DNA of 32,807 bases from a virus (taxonomy: Duplodnaviria > Caudoviricetes): positions 1 to 32,807 of the IMG/VR virus record IMGVR_UViG_3300020043_001882, one strand, 5' to 3'. The notes under the pieces were generated by a model. It saw nothing but the letters and a program-made list of their open reading frames with translations. It was not told the origin of the DNA and did not search any database. Below, piece after piece: positions 17,376 to 28,100 of this stretch (position 1 is its first letter; every line of letters begins with the position of its first letter). The position numbers were made by a program, and so were the translations under genes.

Positions 17376-17394
17376 GGTTAATCCTCTTTATGTG

Positions 17395-17429
17395 GGGTCT
17401 ACTGGAAATTTCCGGTGGGCCCTTTTTTT
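17395..17429 (+). terminator. Rho-independent terminator after the capsid gene (T-phi position)
   Basis: GGGTCTACTGGA/TCCGGTGGGCCC stem with G-U pairs, followed by T7. Confidence 0.85.
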
Positions 17430-17447
17430 CTTTCCTGTCCCGAAACA

Positions 17448-18047
17448 ATGACAACCCAACTTCAAGCTATCAACCAGATGTTGACTGGCATCGGGCAGGC
17501 ACCTGTGGTGTCGCTCGACATCGCTAACCCAGAGATTGCTACGGCATTGAGTATTCTTGAGAATGTCAACCGTGAAGTTCAAGGGGAAGGATGGCATTTC
17601 AATACTGAAATTAATTACCCATTTACCCCAGAAGCTAACGGTGATATTGTAGTTCCCGATAACGTGCTACAGATCTCCGACAACAAGAACTCTAATGTTC
17701 AACAATACCAGACCGTATTGAGAAACGGCAAACTCTACGATAAAATCAACCATACCTTTGACTTCTCAGGAACCAGTCCTGTGTTGTGTGATGTGGTGTG
17801 GCTGGTTGACTTTGAGGATCTTCCTCAGGTCTTTAAGGATTACATCACCCAACGTGCTGCTCGTGTGTTTGCGGGAAGCGTTGTTGGATCACAGGATATG
17901 TTTAAATTCAATGCCCAGGATGAGACGATCTTGAGGGCCAACTGTATTGCTTATGATACGGGAACGTCTGAGGTGAACATCTTTGGTGTCGAAACTGGTC
18001 AGAATTTCTACATTTCTTATACTCCGTTCCGTACCATCGCACGATAA
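17448..18047 (+). CDS. gp11: Tail tubular protein A (adaptor)
   Basis: LQAINQMLTGIGQAPV, VQGEGWHFN, FEDLPQVFKDYI; synteny. Confidence 0.95.
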   Translation: MTTQLQAINQMLTGIGQAPVVSLDIANPEIATALSILENVNREVQGEGWHFNTEINYPFTPEANGDIVVPDNVLQISDNKNSNVQQYQTVLRNGKLYDKINHTFDFSGTSPVLCDVVWLVDFEDLPQVFKDYITQRAARVFAGSVVGSQDMFKFNAQDETILRANCIAYDTGTSEVNIFGVETGQNFYISYTPFRTIAR

Positions 18048-21000
18048 TGGCAGCTATTTCTCAGAAAATTTTTAGCCTTATTGGTGGTGTGTCACAACAA
18101 CCTGATACCATTAAGGTTGGTAATCAACTACGTGTTTGTGATAACTATTATCCAGACGTAGCAACTGGATTGACAAAGAGGCCAGGTCTTCGGGGAATTA
18201 GTAAGCTTGCCAATGCTGTTGCTGATGGTACATGGTTTACCATCTTCCGAGATGATCAGGAACGGTATATTGTTCAATTTGGTAAGGATGGATCATTAAA
18301 GATTTGGAGTGCTAATGATGGACTCCAGCAGACTGTTAATGCGGTAGCCGCCGAGGCAACCTCCTATGCGGTCCATAAGCAGTCGGCAGACCTTCAAACA
18401 CTTCAAGTTAATGATTATATCTTTGTTCTAAATAAAACCAAAACCGTAGCGGCAGCGGCAACCACCAGTGCGGCAGAGACACCTTATGGATTTGTTTCTG
18501 TTAATACCGTTGGATATAGCTCGACATATACGGTGAGGCTTGATGGTAGTGTGTTTTCATACTCCACCCCTCACTCTACTGGTTCGACCCAGCTAAACGT
18601 TCAGGATATTCTCAATAACCTTGCTGCTTTAATTGTTGCTAACCCTAATTATCTGGCATCAGTGGTGGGGAATACCATTTATGTTCAGCGAGCTAATGGG
18701 GCTGACTTTAACATTGAAGCAAAGGGTGGTAATGCTGGCACCTCTATTGAAGCGTTTAAGGGGGCTGTGGTATCCGTGTCGCAACTTCCTCGCCAGTTCT
18801 TCAATAACAAAAAAGTTAAGGTTGCTGGTTCTGTTGAGTCTGGTGCTGATGATTATTGGGTAATCTTTAAGACCAGTGATGGTAGTGCGTCTGGTGCTGG
18901 GGTATGGGAAGAAACCATTGCTCCTAGTACTCCGACAACCATTAACCCGGAAACGATGCCTCATGTGATCATCAGGGAGGCTAATGGTACCTTCACCTAT
19001 CGTCAACTGGATCAGGCGTCGGCATTGGCTAGCGCTGGTTTGACAACGGTGACTGGTATTCCCACGTCGGTGTCGATCAACACAGCAGTGACTGGTGGAC
19101 ACGTTGTTGGAGAGAACTTTGCGGTTAGTGGAGGAACGGGTAAGAACCTACGTCTTATTGTGAATGCGGTTCAGACCCTTACGTCTTCTGTAACTAGCTC
19201 TCCCAATTCTGGTAGTTATATTAAACAAATCATTACTGGCAGTAATCCATTTACAATTGGTAAAAGTGGTGGACGTATCAATACCTACAACTGGATTTGG
19301 TTTTTTAATGGAATACAAATTGGTGTAACAACAAAAGCGCCTAGTCTCCAACCATTGGTTATTGGTAATACCACCTATTATCAAAGCGGTGCATTTATTA
19401 ATATCTTTAATGAAACTAGAGCAGGCATCACTGCTAATACTGTCATTAATGGTGTAATCTCTTCCGTTAGCATCTACCAAGCAGGTCAGGGGTATAATGC
19501 CTCCAACCTGGTCTACAATGCTGCTGGTGATACCTTTAACATCGTTACCGTCAACGCAGCCGCTTTGCCTGGTGATGAATCCAGGCTTAAGTATTGGAAG
19601 CTACGGGAAGTTGGAGATGCGGAAACCAACCCGATGCCTTCGTTTGTGGGCAATGTGGTTGATGCCATTTCTTTTTATAAGAATAGGTTGGTGCTTACCA
19701 GCCGTCAGAATGTCATCTGCTCACAAGCAGGGGACTACTTTAACTTCTTTGCTAGTACTGTTATCACCATTGTCGATAGCGATCCTATTGATATTAGTGC
19801 CAGTAGTCTCAAGCCTGTTCAACTCAAGTATGCCATTCCAGCGCCTCGTGGATTGCTGTTGTTCGGTGATAATGCTCAGTACATTCTGGAAACAACAACC
19901 GAATCATTTTCACCACGAACTGCTGAGGTTAACCTGATTTCCTCCTTTAGTCAATCAGACCGTGTGTCTCCAATTGACATTGGTTCTAGTTACTTGTTCC
20001 TTGAGGAGGGAGATAAGGCATCGTCAATCTTTGAGATGAATATCAAGGATAATGTTGGAGGAAAACCTGATGCCATTGAATTGACCAGGATTGTTCCTAC
20101 CTACATTCCCGCTGCTGTTTATGACATGAAAGGGTCACAAGCAGTAGGGACGGTGGCGTTGCTGACAAAGCAAGAAACCAGCAACATGTACCTATTTAGG
20201 TATTTCCAGAATGGCGATAACCGGATCTCTGGTTGGTTCAGGTGGAAACTTCCTGGTACTGTTGAGTTTGTTGACTTTGACCAGGACATCATGTATGTCG
20301 TTACCAAACACGGTAACAATTGTGTGTTGAGTAAGGTGTCATTGCTGACTGATACCCCCAGTGAATCGTTGTTGTTTGAGGGTCAGTACCTTGACGTTCG
20401 TTTGGATCTCTTTGATTATAATCCAGTTATTACTTATGATTTGGCTACTGATGTAACCAACATTTGTTTCAAGGATGGATTTGAGGATCTAAATTTACAG
20501 GCAGTATTGGTTTCCCTTAACCCTGACATTGCTGGGTACTTTGAAGAACAGACCCTTCAATATGACGGTACCAAACCCGTTGGGCAGAGGTACTTCCTAA
20601 CCAAAGAAGGGAATGAAACAGCAGCAGGTGGGGCTTGTACGGTTGATCGTACCGCAGGGTCTACCACCGCCACTGTTACTTGTCAGTTTCCGCATAAGCT
20701 AACCACTGGTAATACCATTACGGTGTTGACGGGGGTGGCGCCTGGTAACTATGTGGTAACGGTTCTGACAAACACTACCTTTACCATTACAACCGTAGCC
20801 ACAACTGCGATTGTCTTTACGAGGTTTGTATTCTCCTGTATCAATACGGCATCCAAGTTTGCTGTTGGGTATAAGTATGAAGCAGTAGCACAACTTCCTG
20901 CCTTCTACTTTGTTAAGGATGAGAGCCGTGGTCTTAAGGATACCCTAAACATTCCTAGGGTTCACCGTCTTAAGATCAACAGTTATAACTCTGGTCCTTA

Positions 21001-21241
21001 TCGAGCAGTGATTAGATCAGAAGGAAGGGATGATTTTTCTCTTCAACTTCCACAGATCAACTCTGACTATTATCGAGCTAATAACATTCCTATTATCCGT
21101 AATGCTCAGAGCACGGTTCCCGTAATGGCAAAGGGTGATCAATTTGAATTTGAATTGATTGCTGACAGTCCATTCCAAACAGCCTTTACTTCCATTGATT
21201 GGGAAGGAAGCTACAATAACAAAGGAATCCAATCCCTCTGA
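18047..21241 (+). CDS. gp12: Tail tubular protein B (nozzle) with insertions
   Basis: GGVSQQPD, GLTKRPG, TMPHVIIR, VGDAETNPMPSFVG, FYKNRL, DPIDI, WEGSY; 1064 aa. Confidence 0.95.
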   Translation: MAAISQKIFSLIGGVSQQPDTIKVGNQLRVCDNYYPDVATGLTKRPGLRGISKLANAVADGTWFTIFRDDQERYIVQFGKDGSLKIWSANDGLQQTVNAVAAEATSYAVHKQSADLQTLQVNDYIFVLNKTKTVAAAATTSAAETPYGFVSVNTVGYSSTYTVRLDGSVFSYSTPHSTGSTQLNVQDILNNLAALIVANPNYLASVVGNTIYVQRANGADFNIEAKGGNAGTSIEAFKGAVVSVSQLPRQFFNNKKVKVAGSVESGADDYWVIFKTSDGSASGAGVWEETIAPSTPTTINPETMPHVIIREANGTFTYRQLDQASALASAGLTTVTGIPTSVSINTAVTGGHVVGENFAVSGGTGKNLRLIVNAVQTLTSSVTSSPNSGSYIKQIITGSNPFTIGKSGGRINTYNWIWFFNGIQIGVTTKAPSLQPLVIGNTTYYQSGAFINIFNETRAGITANTVINGVISSVSIYQAGQGYNASNLVYNAAGDTFNIVTVNAAALPGDESRLKYWKLREVGDAETNPMPSFVGNVVDAISFYKNRLVLTSRQNVICSQAGDYFNFFASTVITIVDSDPIDISASSLKPVQLKYAIPAPRGLLLFGDNAQYILETTTESFSPRTAEVNLISSFSQSDRVSPIDIGSSYLFLEEGDKASSIFEMNIKDNVGGKPDAIELTRIVPTYIPAAVYDMKGSQAVGTVALLTKQETSNMYLFRYFQNGDNRISGWFRWKLPGTVEFVDFDQDIMYVVTKHGNNCVLSKVSLLTDTPSESLLFEGQYLDVRLDLFDYNPVITYDLATDVTNICFKDGFEDLNLQAVLVSLNPDIAGYFEEQTLQYDGTKPVGQRYFLTKEGNETAAGGACTVDRTAGSTTATVTCQFPHKLTTGNTITVLTGVAPGNYVVTVLTNTTFTITTVATTAIVFTRFVFSCINTASKFAVGYKYEAVAQLPAFYFVKDESRGLKDTLNIPRVHRLKINSYNSGPYRAVIRSEGRDDFSLQLPQINSDYYRANNIPIIRNAQSTVPVMAKGDQFEFELIADSPFQTAFTSIDWEGSYNNKGIQSL

Positions 21242-21256
21242 TAAAGGGGACACGTT

Positions 21257-21727
21257 ATGTCGTTAATCCACCCGGCGAGCCGCTCAGACGCAATCTGGGT
21301 GGCTCAACACCTACAAGAAGATGATCGAAGGGAACTAGAGGGTCTTGGCCATACCATTATGGAGGCCACCCTCTGCCTTTCTCTTGACCTTTCAGATAAT
21401 CCGGTAACCTTTCGGAACCCACTCGGAGAGATCTGCGGGGTAGCGGGGGTATCCAGAACCGATGCCCATTGCGGAGCCATATGGATGCTTACCACACCGT
21501 GTGTCCGTCCGTATCCCAAACTATTTTTTAAGGAGGCTAAGAAATGGGTCGAACAACAAACCTCCTATGAGATGTTACATAACATTGCTGATCCAAGGAA
21601 TCGTCTTCACATGAAGCTGCTTCATATGCTTGGATTTAAAAAGCTTATGTATGTTACCACTCAAACCAATCTTACTTATGTTGAATTTGCTAAACTAACA
21701 AAATGTGTACACCCGCTATCGCCATAG
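21257..21727 (+). CDS. gp13: Internal virion protein A-like (T7 gp13 / GNAT-like fold)
   Basis: LQEDDRREL, GAIWMLTT, LHNIADPRN...LLHMLGF; synteny. Confidence 0.85.
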   Translation: MSLIHPASRSDAIWVAQHLQEDDRRELEGLGHTIMEATLCLSLDLSDNPVTFRNPLGEICGVAGVSRTDAHCGAIWMLTTPCVRPYPKLFFKEAKKWVEQQTSYEMLHNIADPRNRLHMKLLHMLGFKKLMYVTTQTNLTYVEFAKLTKCVHPLSP

Positions 21728-22326
21728 GGGTTGCGACGGGCCTGATGGGTGCCGTTCAATCCATTGCTGGTTATCAAGCCCAAAGTCAAGCTGCTAGGGC
21801 TTCTGAACGGGCCTACCAACAACAACGTACCCTTAATCAAGAAGCTGCCAATAGGGCTTATCAACAACAACAACTTAAGATGAAGGGTGAGATGGATCAA
21901 GCATCTCAACAGGCGGAACAGGGCCTTATCAGGCGTCTCCAGGCGCAGGGAACCACTCTGTCTGCCGGACGTACTGGACAGTCAATCGGAGGCCTTCTAG
22001 CCGATGCTGAGCGTGTTGAGGGACGTGATCTAGCAACGCTTGGCATGAACCTTGCCTATGCTCAACAGGATTACTTCTTTGGTATGGAGAACATCTATAA
22101 CCAACAGAGGACTGCTGACATCAATGCTGCTTCCCAGAGGCTGGCTAAACCCAGTGGTGGTGAGTTGGCTTTGGGTCTTGCTGGTGCTGCTATGTCTGGC
22201 GTTCAAGCTGGTATGGCACTTAAGGCCCCATCAGCGGGGGGTAAAGGAGATGCTCCTATACCTTTGCCCTATGATACAGCATTACCCGGTGGACGGGCCG
22301 GTACAGTTATTAAGTGGACTAACTAA
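21703..22326 (+). CDS. gp14: Internal virion protein B (T7 gp14-like)
   Basis: MCTPAIAIG N-terminus; Ala/Gln-rich helical; synteny. Confidence 0.85.
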   Translation: MCTPAIAIGVATGLMGAVQSIAGYQAQSQAARASERAYQQQRTLNQEAANRAYQQQQLKMKGEMDQASQQAEQGLIRRLQAQGTTLSAGRTGQSIGGLLADAERVEGRDLATLGMNLAYAQQDYFFGMENIYNQQRTADINAASQRLAKPSGGELALGLAGAAMSGVQAGMALKAPSAGGKGDAPIPLPYDTALPGGRAGTVIKWTN

Positions 22327-25019
22327 TGGCTAGCATTTATGATTCCCCTGGCCAGCAGGTTGCTCTAACTGGATCTCAAGCGAACCCCTCCTTTCAACCC
22401 GTTGAGGCTTACGATCCTTCGCGGCAGATGCTTCAGCAATCTGAAAGGGACCTTCGTGCTTTTGCTGAATTTAGTGGCACGCTCACTAAGTTCATAACCG
22501 ACAAGGCAAAGGAAAAGAATGAGCAAGAATTGAATCTGGGTATCGCTGATATTCTCAATGGAGAATTGATGATGAAACCAGAGCAGATGAATGCTTATCA
22601 ACAAAACGTTAAGCTTCTCGAACAGGCTGCTGACAGTGAAGTTGCTGCTGCCAGTAAATTGGCTGAGGTTGATCCTGGTGCTGGTGAAACATATCGACAG
22701 CAGAATCGAGCAATCAGTGGATGGCGTGCCTACGGTCAAGCCGTTGGTAAGGCACAGCAAGCTGCTAGTCAAGCCGAAAGCCTGCTTAGTTCCTTTTTAA
22801 GGGATAACAAGGAAGTTCTTACTATCCGTCAACCCGATGGTAGTCTTAAGCAGTTTACAGCAGCCGAAGCTGAAAACGAACCAGAACTGATGGCAGCCTA
22901 TGGTGTTGGTCTTCAGAAGTTCATGCAAGCCTCTGGAATTGTTGGATTGAATCCGGCTATTCTTGTTGAGCATCTTACTCCTACTATGCTTAGGGTAAGG
23001 TCAAAGGTTATTGGGGAACGGATGGGTGAAATCACCCGCGCTCGTCAAGAAGCGGAGAAGGAAGAGATCAACATTGGTGTTGGACAAAACCTTGAGGGGC
23101 TTGGCAATCCAGAACAGGCACAAGCAGTATTTTCTGCTCTGCTTATGATGGGCAAGCAAACCTTTAATGGTAACTGGTCTCAGGCTAATCAGTTTGTCAA
23201 CGAGGCTGTTCTCAGCAAGCTAGCGGCGTTAGGTGCTGGTAATCCAGAAAAGGCTTCCGCAATCCTTGACTCTTATTCTGGACTTCTGCTAAATCCTCAA
23301 AAGCCAGAGCTGGGTACGGTTTACAATCGCTACGCAGAAGAGATTGAAAAGACTCGTGCATCCATTAAGGGGTCTGCTAGAGAACAGGCTGCTGAACAGG
23401 AAGCTGAGATCAAGGATGAAATTGAATCCATTGTTAATACTTGGCGATCTGCTTCTGAGACTGGTAACCTTGCTGAATCACAACGAGCCTTTGATGCTGC
23501 TGAACAGGAGCTGAGTAAACTGTCTTCTACCTATCCAGAAGCTACTGAAGCTCTTTCGCGGATGCGTCAGGTTGGTCGTAACTTCAATAGCCTTACCGAG
23601 GAAAGCGTCACCCAAGCTGTTGCCAACCGATCTATTAAGAGTCGTGCTGAGCTTCAACTGTTGGCGGCTAATGGGTACATCAGTTCTGATACTGCTAACA
23701 AACTAGGAGAGCAACTTCCCGAGGATGACTCTTCGGAACTGGTTAAAACCCTTCGTCCACGAATGGAAGCGTTTGTTCGCAACCAGCTAAGGGCTGAATT
23801 TAAAACCAATGGTGTTGATTTTGATTCATTTAAAGATCAAACCCTTCCTCTTGTGGGGGCATTGACGGATGAATTGATGGAAGCAGGCCTGTCCAAAATG
23901 CTGGAACTTAAGGCTGCTGGTAAAACAACAGGCACCGCTCAACTTCAATCGTATTTGGAAAAACAGGCACTTGATGCTCTTAAAACAAAGCGATTTATGC
24001 CGACAAAGGATGCAAAGGGAAATGTCATTCTTCCTACTCCTGGCACTGGTCTTCCCGCTGTTGTCCCTTATCAAACTGGCCCCAACGGTAGAAACTATTC
24101 CCGGCAAATCATCAATCGTCTTCCCCCAGTGGTTTCCGCCAAGAGGGATGTTCTTCTTGATGCTGAAAAGGTTCAAGCAAACATTGATGCTCTCAACAAT
24201 GGCGGTCAACCCAGTTCGGATCTGGTAACGATTGCCAAGGCTTCTGGGTTGTCTGTTCAACAGGTGCTCACTCAGCAGGCCCAAAAGAACGGCATCACTT
24301 ATACCCCAAGTTCTGCCGATAAAGCGGCTAAACAATTCCAAACTAATTCTAAGCTGGATCCTTCTGCTGCTCAAATCCTTGCTAATCCACGATCAACAGC
24401 TTCCCAACGCATTCGTGCTACGGCAAGACTAGCTGAAGCAAAACGTAGACAACAACAAACTTCCATGACAACATCAAGCGGAAAAACTTTTGGCGCTGGA
24501 GACTACGGTGGTTTGGCGTCTTTGATTAGTAGCGGAGAGGGTGGTTTTAATTCAGTTAACCGTGGAACCGCTGGCGATACACCACAGGGCATGAAACTTA
24601 CATCCATGCGTATCGGTGATGTTCAACAACTTCAACGTCGTTACAATGAAACCAAAGGCCGTGAAGGCGTCTTTGCTGTTGGATTTGCTCAGTGGGTGTC
24701 TGATGGTCAACTTGATATGGCTGTTAAAGCTGCCGGTCTGGGACCTAATGATAAGATGACCCCAGAGAATCAACTGAAGATGTTCTGGGCTTATGTTCTT
24801 AATTCCAATAAGCGTCCGGCTCTGCGGGATTACCTCTTGGGTAAAAACAATGACCTTCTAAAGGCTCACAGAGAAATGGCCCTTGAATGGGCGGCTGTGG
24901 CAGGTCCAGAAGGCTATGGCTATTATGACAACGATAAGGCCGGTAACAAAGCCAGCCTCGAAGCTAAGCGTGTTCAGCAGGCTCTTGTAGCTGCTCGTAA
25001 ACAAATTAGCGGCACCTAA
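22326..25019 (+). CDS. gp15: Internal virion protein C (T7 gp15-like) with C-terminal lysozyme-like domain
   Basis: Synteny and size; C-terminal ISSGEGGFNSVNRG...AVGFAQW...PENQ...EWAA muramidase-like pattern. Confidence 0.8.
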   Translation: MASIYDSPGQQVALTGSQANPSFQPVEAYDPSRQMLQQSERDLRAFAEFSGTLTKFITDKAKEKNEQELNLGIADILNGELMMKPEQMNAYQQNVKLLEQAADSEVAAASKLAEVDPGAGETYRQQNRAISGWRAYGQAVGKAQQAASQAESLLSSFLRDNKEVLTIRQPDGSLKQFTAAEAENEPELMAAYGVGLQKFMQASGIVGLNPAILVEHLTPTMLRVRSKVIGERMGEITRARQEAEKEEINIGVGQNLEGLGNPEQAQAVFSALLMMGKQTFNGNWSQANQFVNEAVLSKLAALGAGNPEKASAILDSYSGLLLNPQKPELGTVYNRYAEEIEKTRASIKGSAREQAAEQEAEIKDEIESIVNTWRSASETGNLAESQRAFDAAEQELSKLSSTYPEATEALSRMRQVGRNFNSLTEESVTQAVANRSIKSRAELQLLAANGYISSDTANKLGEQLPEDDSSELVKTLRPRMEAFVRNQLRAEFKTNGVDFDSFKDQTLPLVGALTDELMEAGLSKMLELKAAGKTTGTAQLQSYLEKQALDALKTKRFMPTKDAKGNVILPTPGTGLPAVVPYQTGPNGRNYSRQIINRLPPVVSAKRDVLLDAEKVQANIDALNNGGQPSSDLVTIAKASGLSVQQVLTQQAQKNGITYTPSSADKAAKQFQTNSKLDPSAAQILANPRSTASQRIRATARLAEAKRRQQQTSMTTSSGKTFGAGDYGGLASLISSGEGGFNSVNRGTAGDTPQGMKLTSMRIGDVQQLQRRYNETKGREGVFAVGFAQWVSDGQLDMAVKAAGLGPNDKMTPENQLKMFWAYVLNSNKRPALRDYLLGKNNDLLKAHREMALEWAAVAGPEGYGYYDNDKAGNKASLEAKRVQQALVAARKQISGT

Positions 25020-25022
25020 ATA

Positions 25023-25100
25023 GATGGAACATAGGAGTCTATTCTGCGGGGTAGACTTCTCCATCATCCTTACCTTTCAATAACCCACCTCTGCGGAGGT
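25023..25100 (+). promoter_or_regulatory. Two cUGCGg-capped hairpins in the gp15-gp16 intergenic region
   Basis: GATGGA-acata-GGAGTCTATTC-tgcg-GGGTAGACTTC-TCCATC (25023..25065) and ACCTC-tgcg-GAGGT (25087..25100). Confidence 0.6.
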
Positions 25101-25117
25101 AATTAACCAACACAAAG

Positions 25118-28100
25118 ATGGCAGAAATTGTACCTGGACGGTCCACTGGTGGGCCTATTCAAGACTTTACTCAAACTAGACAACGCGAGGAAGAGGCTGC
25201 TCTTCGGAAGAAACAAAAGGAAGAGGAAGCCAAACGAAAGAAACTTTTGGCTCAACAGAAGGCTGAACAGGAACGTAAGGCTAAACTTGATTCCACAATG
25301 GTTAACCCCGTTGCTGGTCTTCAAGGTGTAACTCAACTCCTTACTGGCACCGGAGAAAGGAAGAACAAAGCGTACGTGCCTGGACTTACTGAAGCTGCTG
25401 CATTTGCAGAAGAAGCTAAAAAGTCCGTTGTTAAAGGCGTGGTAGGTGTCGCTGAGGGTGTCCTTAATGTAGGGACCCAAGCAGTAATGGATCTCACCGT
25501 TAATCGTAACAAGGAAAAGGATGAATATCTTCGTGCTGCTTATGACTTTGGTGTCACCCCTAAAACTCAAGTAGGTCAGGCTGCTTCTAAGATTCTTGGA
25601 TTCATTGTTGGCACACGTGTTGCCGGTAAGGCCCTCGGCCCTGTTGGGAAGATTGGTGCGGCTCCTATCCCTAAAAACCTAAAGGGTGGAGCCAAGCTTG
25701 CTGCTCAAACCCGTAAGCTTCTTACTGATGGTTTGATTCCAGGTGCTGTTGCTGACTTCATCCTGACCGACCCCCGAGAAGGTAACCTTAGTAGTTCCAT
25801 TCGTGATCTTGTCCCCGAACAGTATCAGGATAACGTAGCCTTTGCTCTTGCGGCCAAGGAGGATGACAACCCTTGGGTTAACCGACTCCGTTCGGTGTTT
25901 GAAGGTGGGCCCCTCAACGCTGCTGGTAATGGCATCACTGCTCTTATCTTTGGCAATAAGGCTGCTAGGGCCGTTAAGGCGGCTGGCGGATCCGATGACG
26001 AGGCCCTAGGTGTTGGTATCAAGGCTGCTGCGGATAAGTCCGAAGAGCTTATGCAATCTGACCTTAAGGCGTCTGAAGCCGAGAGGGTACGGTGGACGGA
26101 TGCTCAGGAACAAGAGATGCTTAGTCTCCAGAGCCGTGAGCAGAACATCCAGGAACGAATTGCTGGTCTGGATCCAGAGGATGAAGTAACCATCAAACTT
26201 AACGAAGAACTGGAGCAGGTACGTCTTGCTCAGGCTGATCTGGAGAACACCGTCTTTGAGGGTGCTGATCCTAATGTTAAGTATGAGTATTGGGAATCAC
26301 AAGCCGCTATTCGTACTGGTGACATCAACGATGCTGTAGCAAAACAGATTGAACTTGAAGGTGGTTATACCCGTCCTCAAAGTGAAACTGGTTTTGTTCC
26401 TGGTAAACAGATCTCTCACGGTGGTGGGAACAAGGTATTTACTGATGCTCAGCTTCGCATCATGAATGTGAGCGAGGGGGCAGAAGAAGTCATCAAAAAG
26501 TACCAAAAGCAGATTGACTTTAAGCAAATTGCTCGTAAATCTGGGCGTACCGTAGATCAAGTGGTGGCCGATGCAACTCGCATTTACACCGATTTCATGG
26601 ATTCCCTTCGGACTTACGATGATATTGTGTCGGAAGGCGATCTGATCAAGAAACTGTCTGAGGCAGGTGGCACACTTACGGAGGCAAAGGGAACCTTCCC
26701 AACCCCTGAGGGTAACATTGCTGTTAAGGCAATTGCTTCTGATCTCTCTGCTCAGATCTATGACATTGCTTATGGTGCTGAGGAGATTGACTTTGCTCAA
26801 CTCGGAGGTGCTAATAATTTTGATCGTCTTGTTGATCGGTTTACTGGTCTTCTTGAGATCTATAAAGCCGGTGCCCAATACATGGGTGGTGGTCTAAATG
26901 TCTTTAAGATCAAGCTTGGTGCTGATGCCCCTGGTGAGGCTGCGGAAGCTCTCCGTAACTTTGAAGGGGAAGATTCACTGACGATCCGTCAAATTCGTAA
27001 ATGGGCAAGTGACATCAAGGAAGCCTTCCGTCGTGGAGATCCTGATGCTCAAGATCAGATGCGGGCACTGACTAGGGCAATGGTTCTTGCTGGTGGTGAC
27101 CCCTCAAAAACTGTTTCCTTTGGTCGTACTGCTATTGAGATCTTTGGTAAGACTCAGATGGGTGTGTTTTATAACAGCATCCTGTCTGGAACCAAAACCA
27201 TGATCCGTAACCTTAGTGCTGCGTATCGGCTTATTGAGGCTCCTACAAGTATTGCTCTTATGGGGATGCGCAAAGGTGATCCGGCGCTTGTAAGGTCTGC
27301 TATGGCGGGGTTTCATGCTATTACCACCTCTACCCAGGAAGCCTTTACGGTAGCTGCTAGAACGTGGAAAACAGGCATCCCTCAATCGTGGACCCCAAAG
27401 ATGGTTGTGGAACAAGCTGAAATGGCTGCCATGATCGAGTCCATGGAAAAGATGGCCAAGAATCCACGAGAGGAAATGGCTGTTGGATTCATTAAGGGAC
27501 ATATGCGTGTTGCTCAAATGTTCGACTTTCCAAGTAAGATTTTGATGAGCACGGATGACTTCCTTAAGACTATTCTTGTGCGTCAAAGAATTGCTGAGCA
27601 GTCCATGTATAAAGCAATGACCGAAAGCAAAGATCCTACGGATGTTGCTGGTAAGGTCAAGGTTTACATGGATGAATATGCTAAGTTTATTGATCCTCAA
27701 ACAGGTCGTGTTAAGGATGCTGGTCTCCAGAAGTATGCGGAGATTGGTACGTTTCAAGAAGATCCTGGTGTTGGTATTAATAGCCTGAGCATGTTCCTTG
27801 AGAATATGCCCTTTGTTGGACCGCTTGGTAAGTTGGTTGTCCCATTCCTGAGAACTCCTGCTAACATCCTTCGTTATCAAGTTCAACATACTCCTCTTAT
27901 TGGTAAGTACGCTGGTGAATACTTGGCTGTTAAACAGTCTGGTGACATGCTGCGTGTTGCTGAATATGAAGGGCGAGAAATGATTGGCGCAATGACCATT
28001 GCTGTTGGAGCTGGTCTAGCTGCCTCTGAAATGATGACTGGAAATCAGCCTGTTGACCCACGCGAACGTGCTCGCTGGCAAACTCTTGGTATTCGTCCGC

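Noticed and set aside
17350-17447. gp10A/10B-type capsid frameshift extension
   Set aside because: No clear slippery site or long alternative frame; a terminator follows the stop.
27104-27889. 261-aa minus-strand ORF, and other minus-strand ORFs inside long genes
   Set aside because: Shadows of + strand genes; the genome is otherwise unidirectional.
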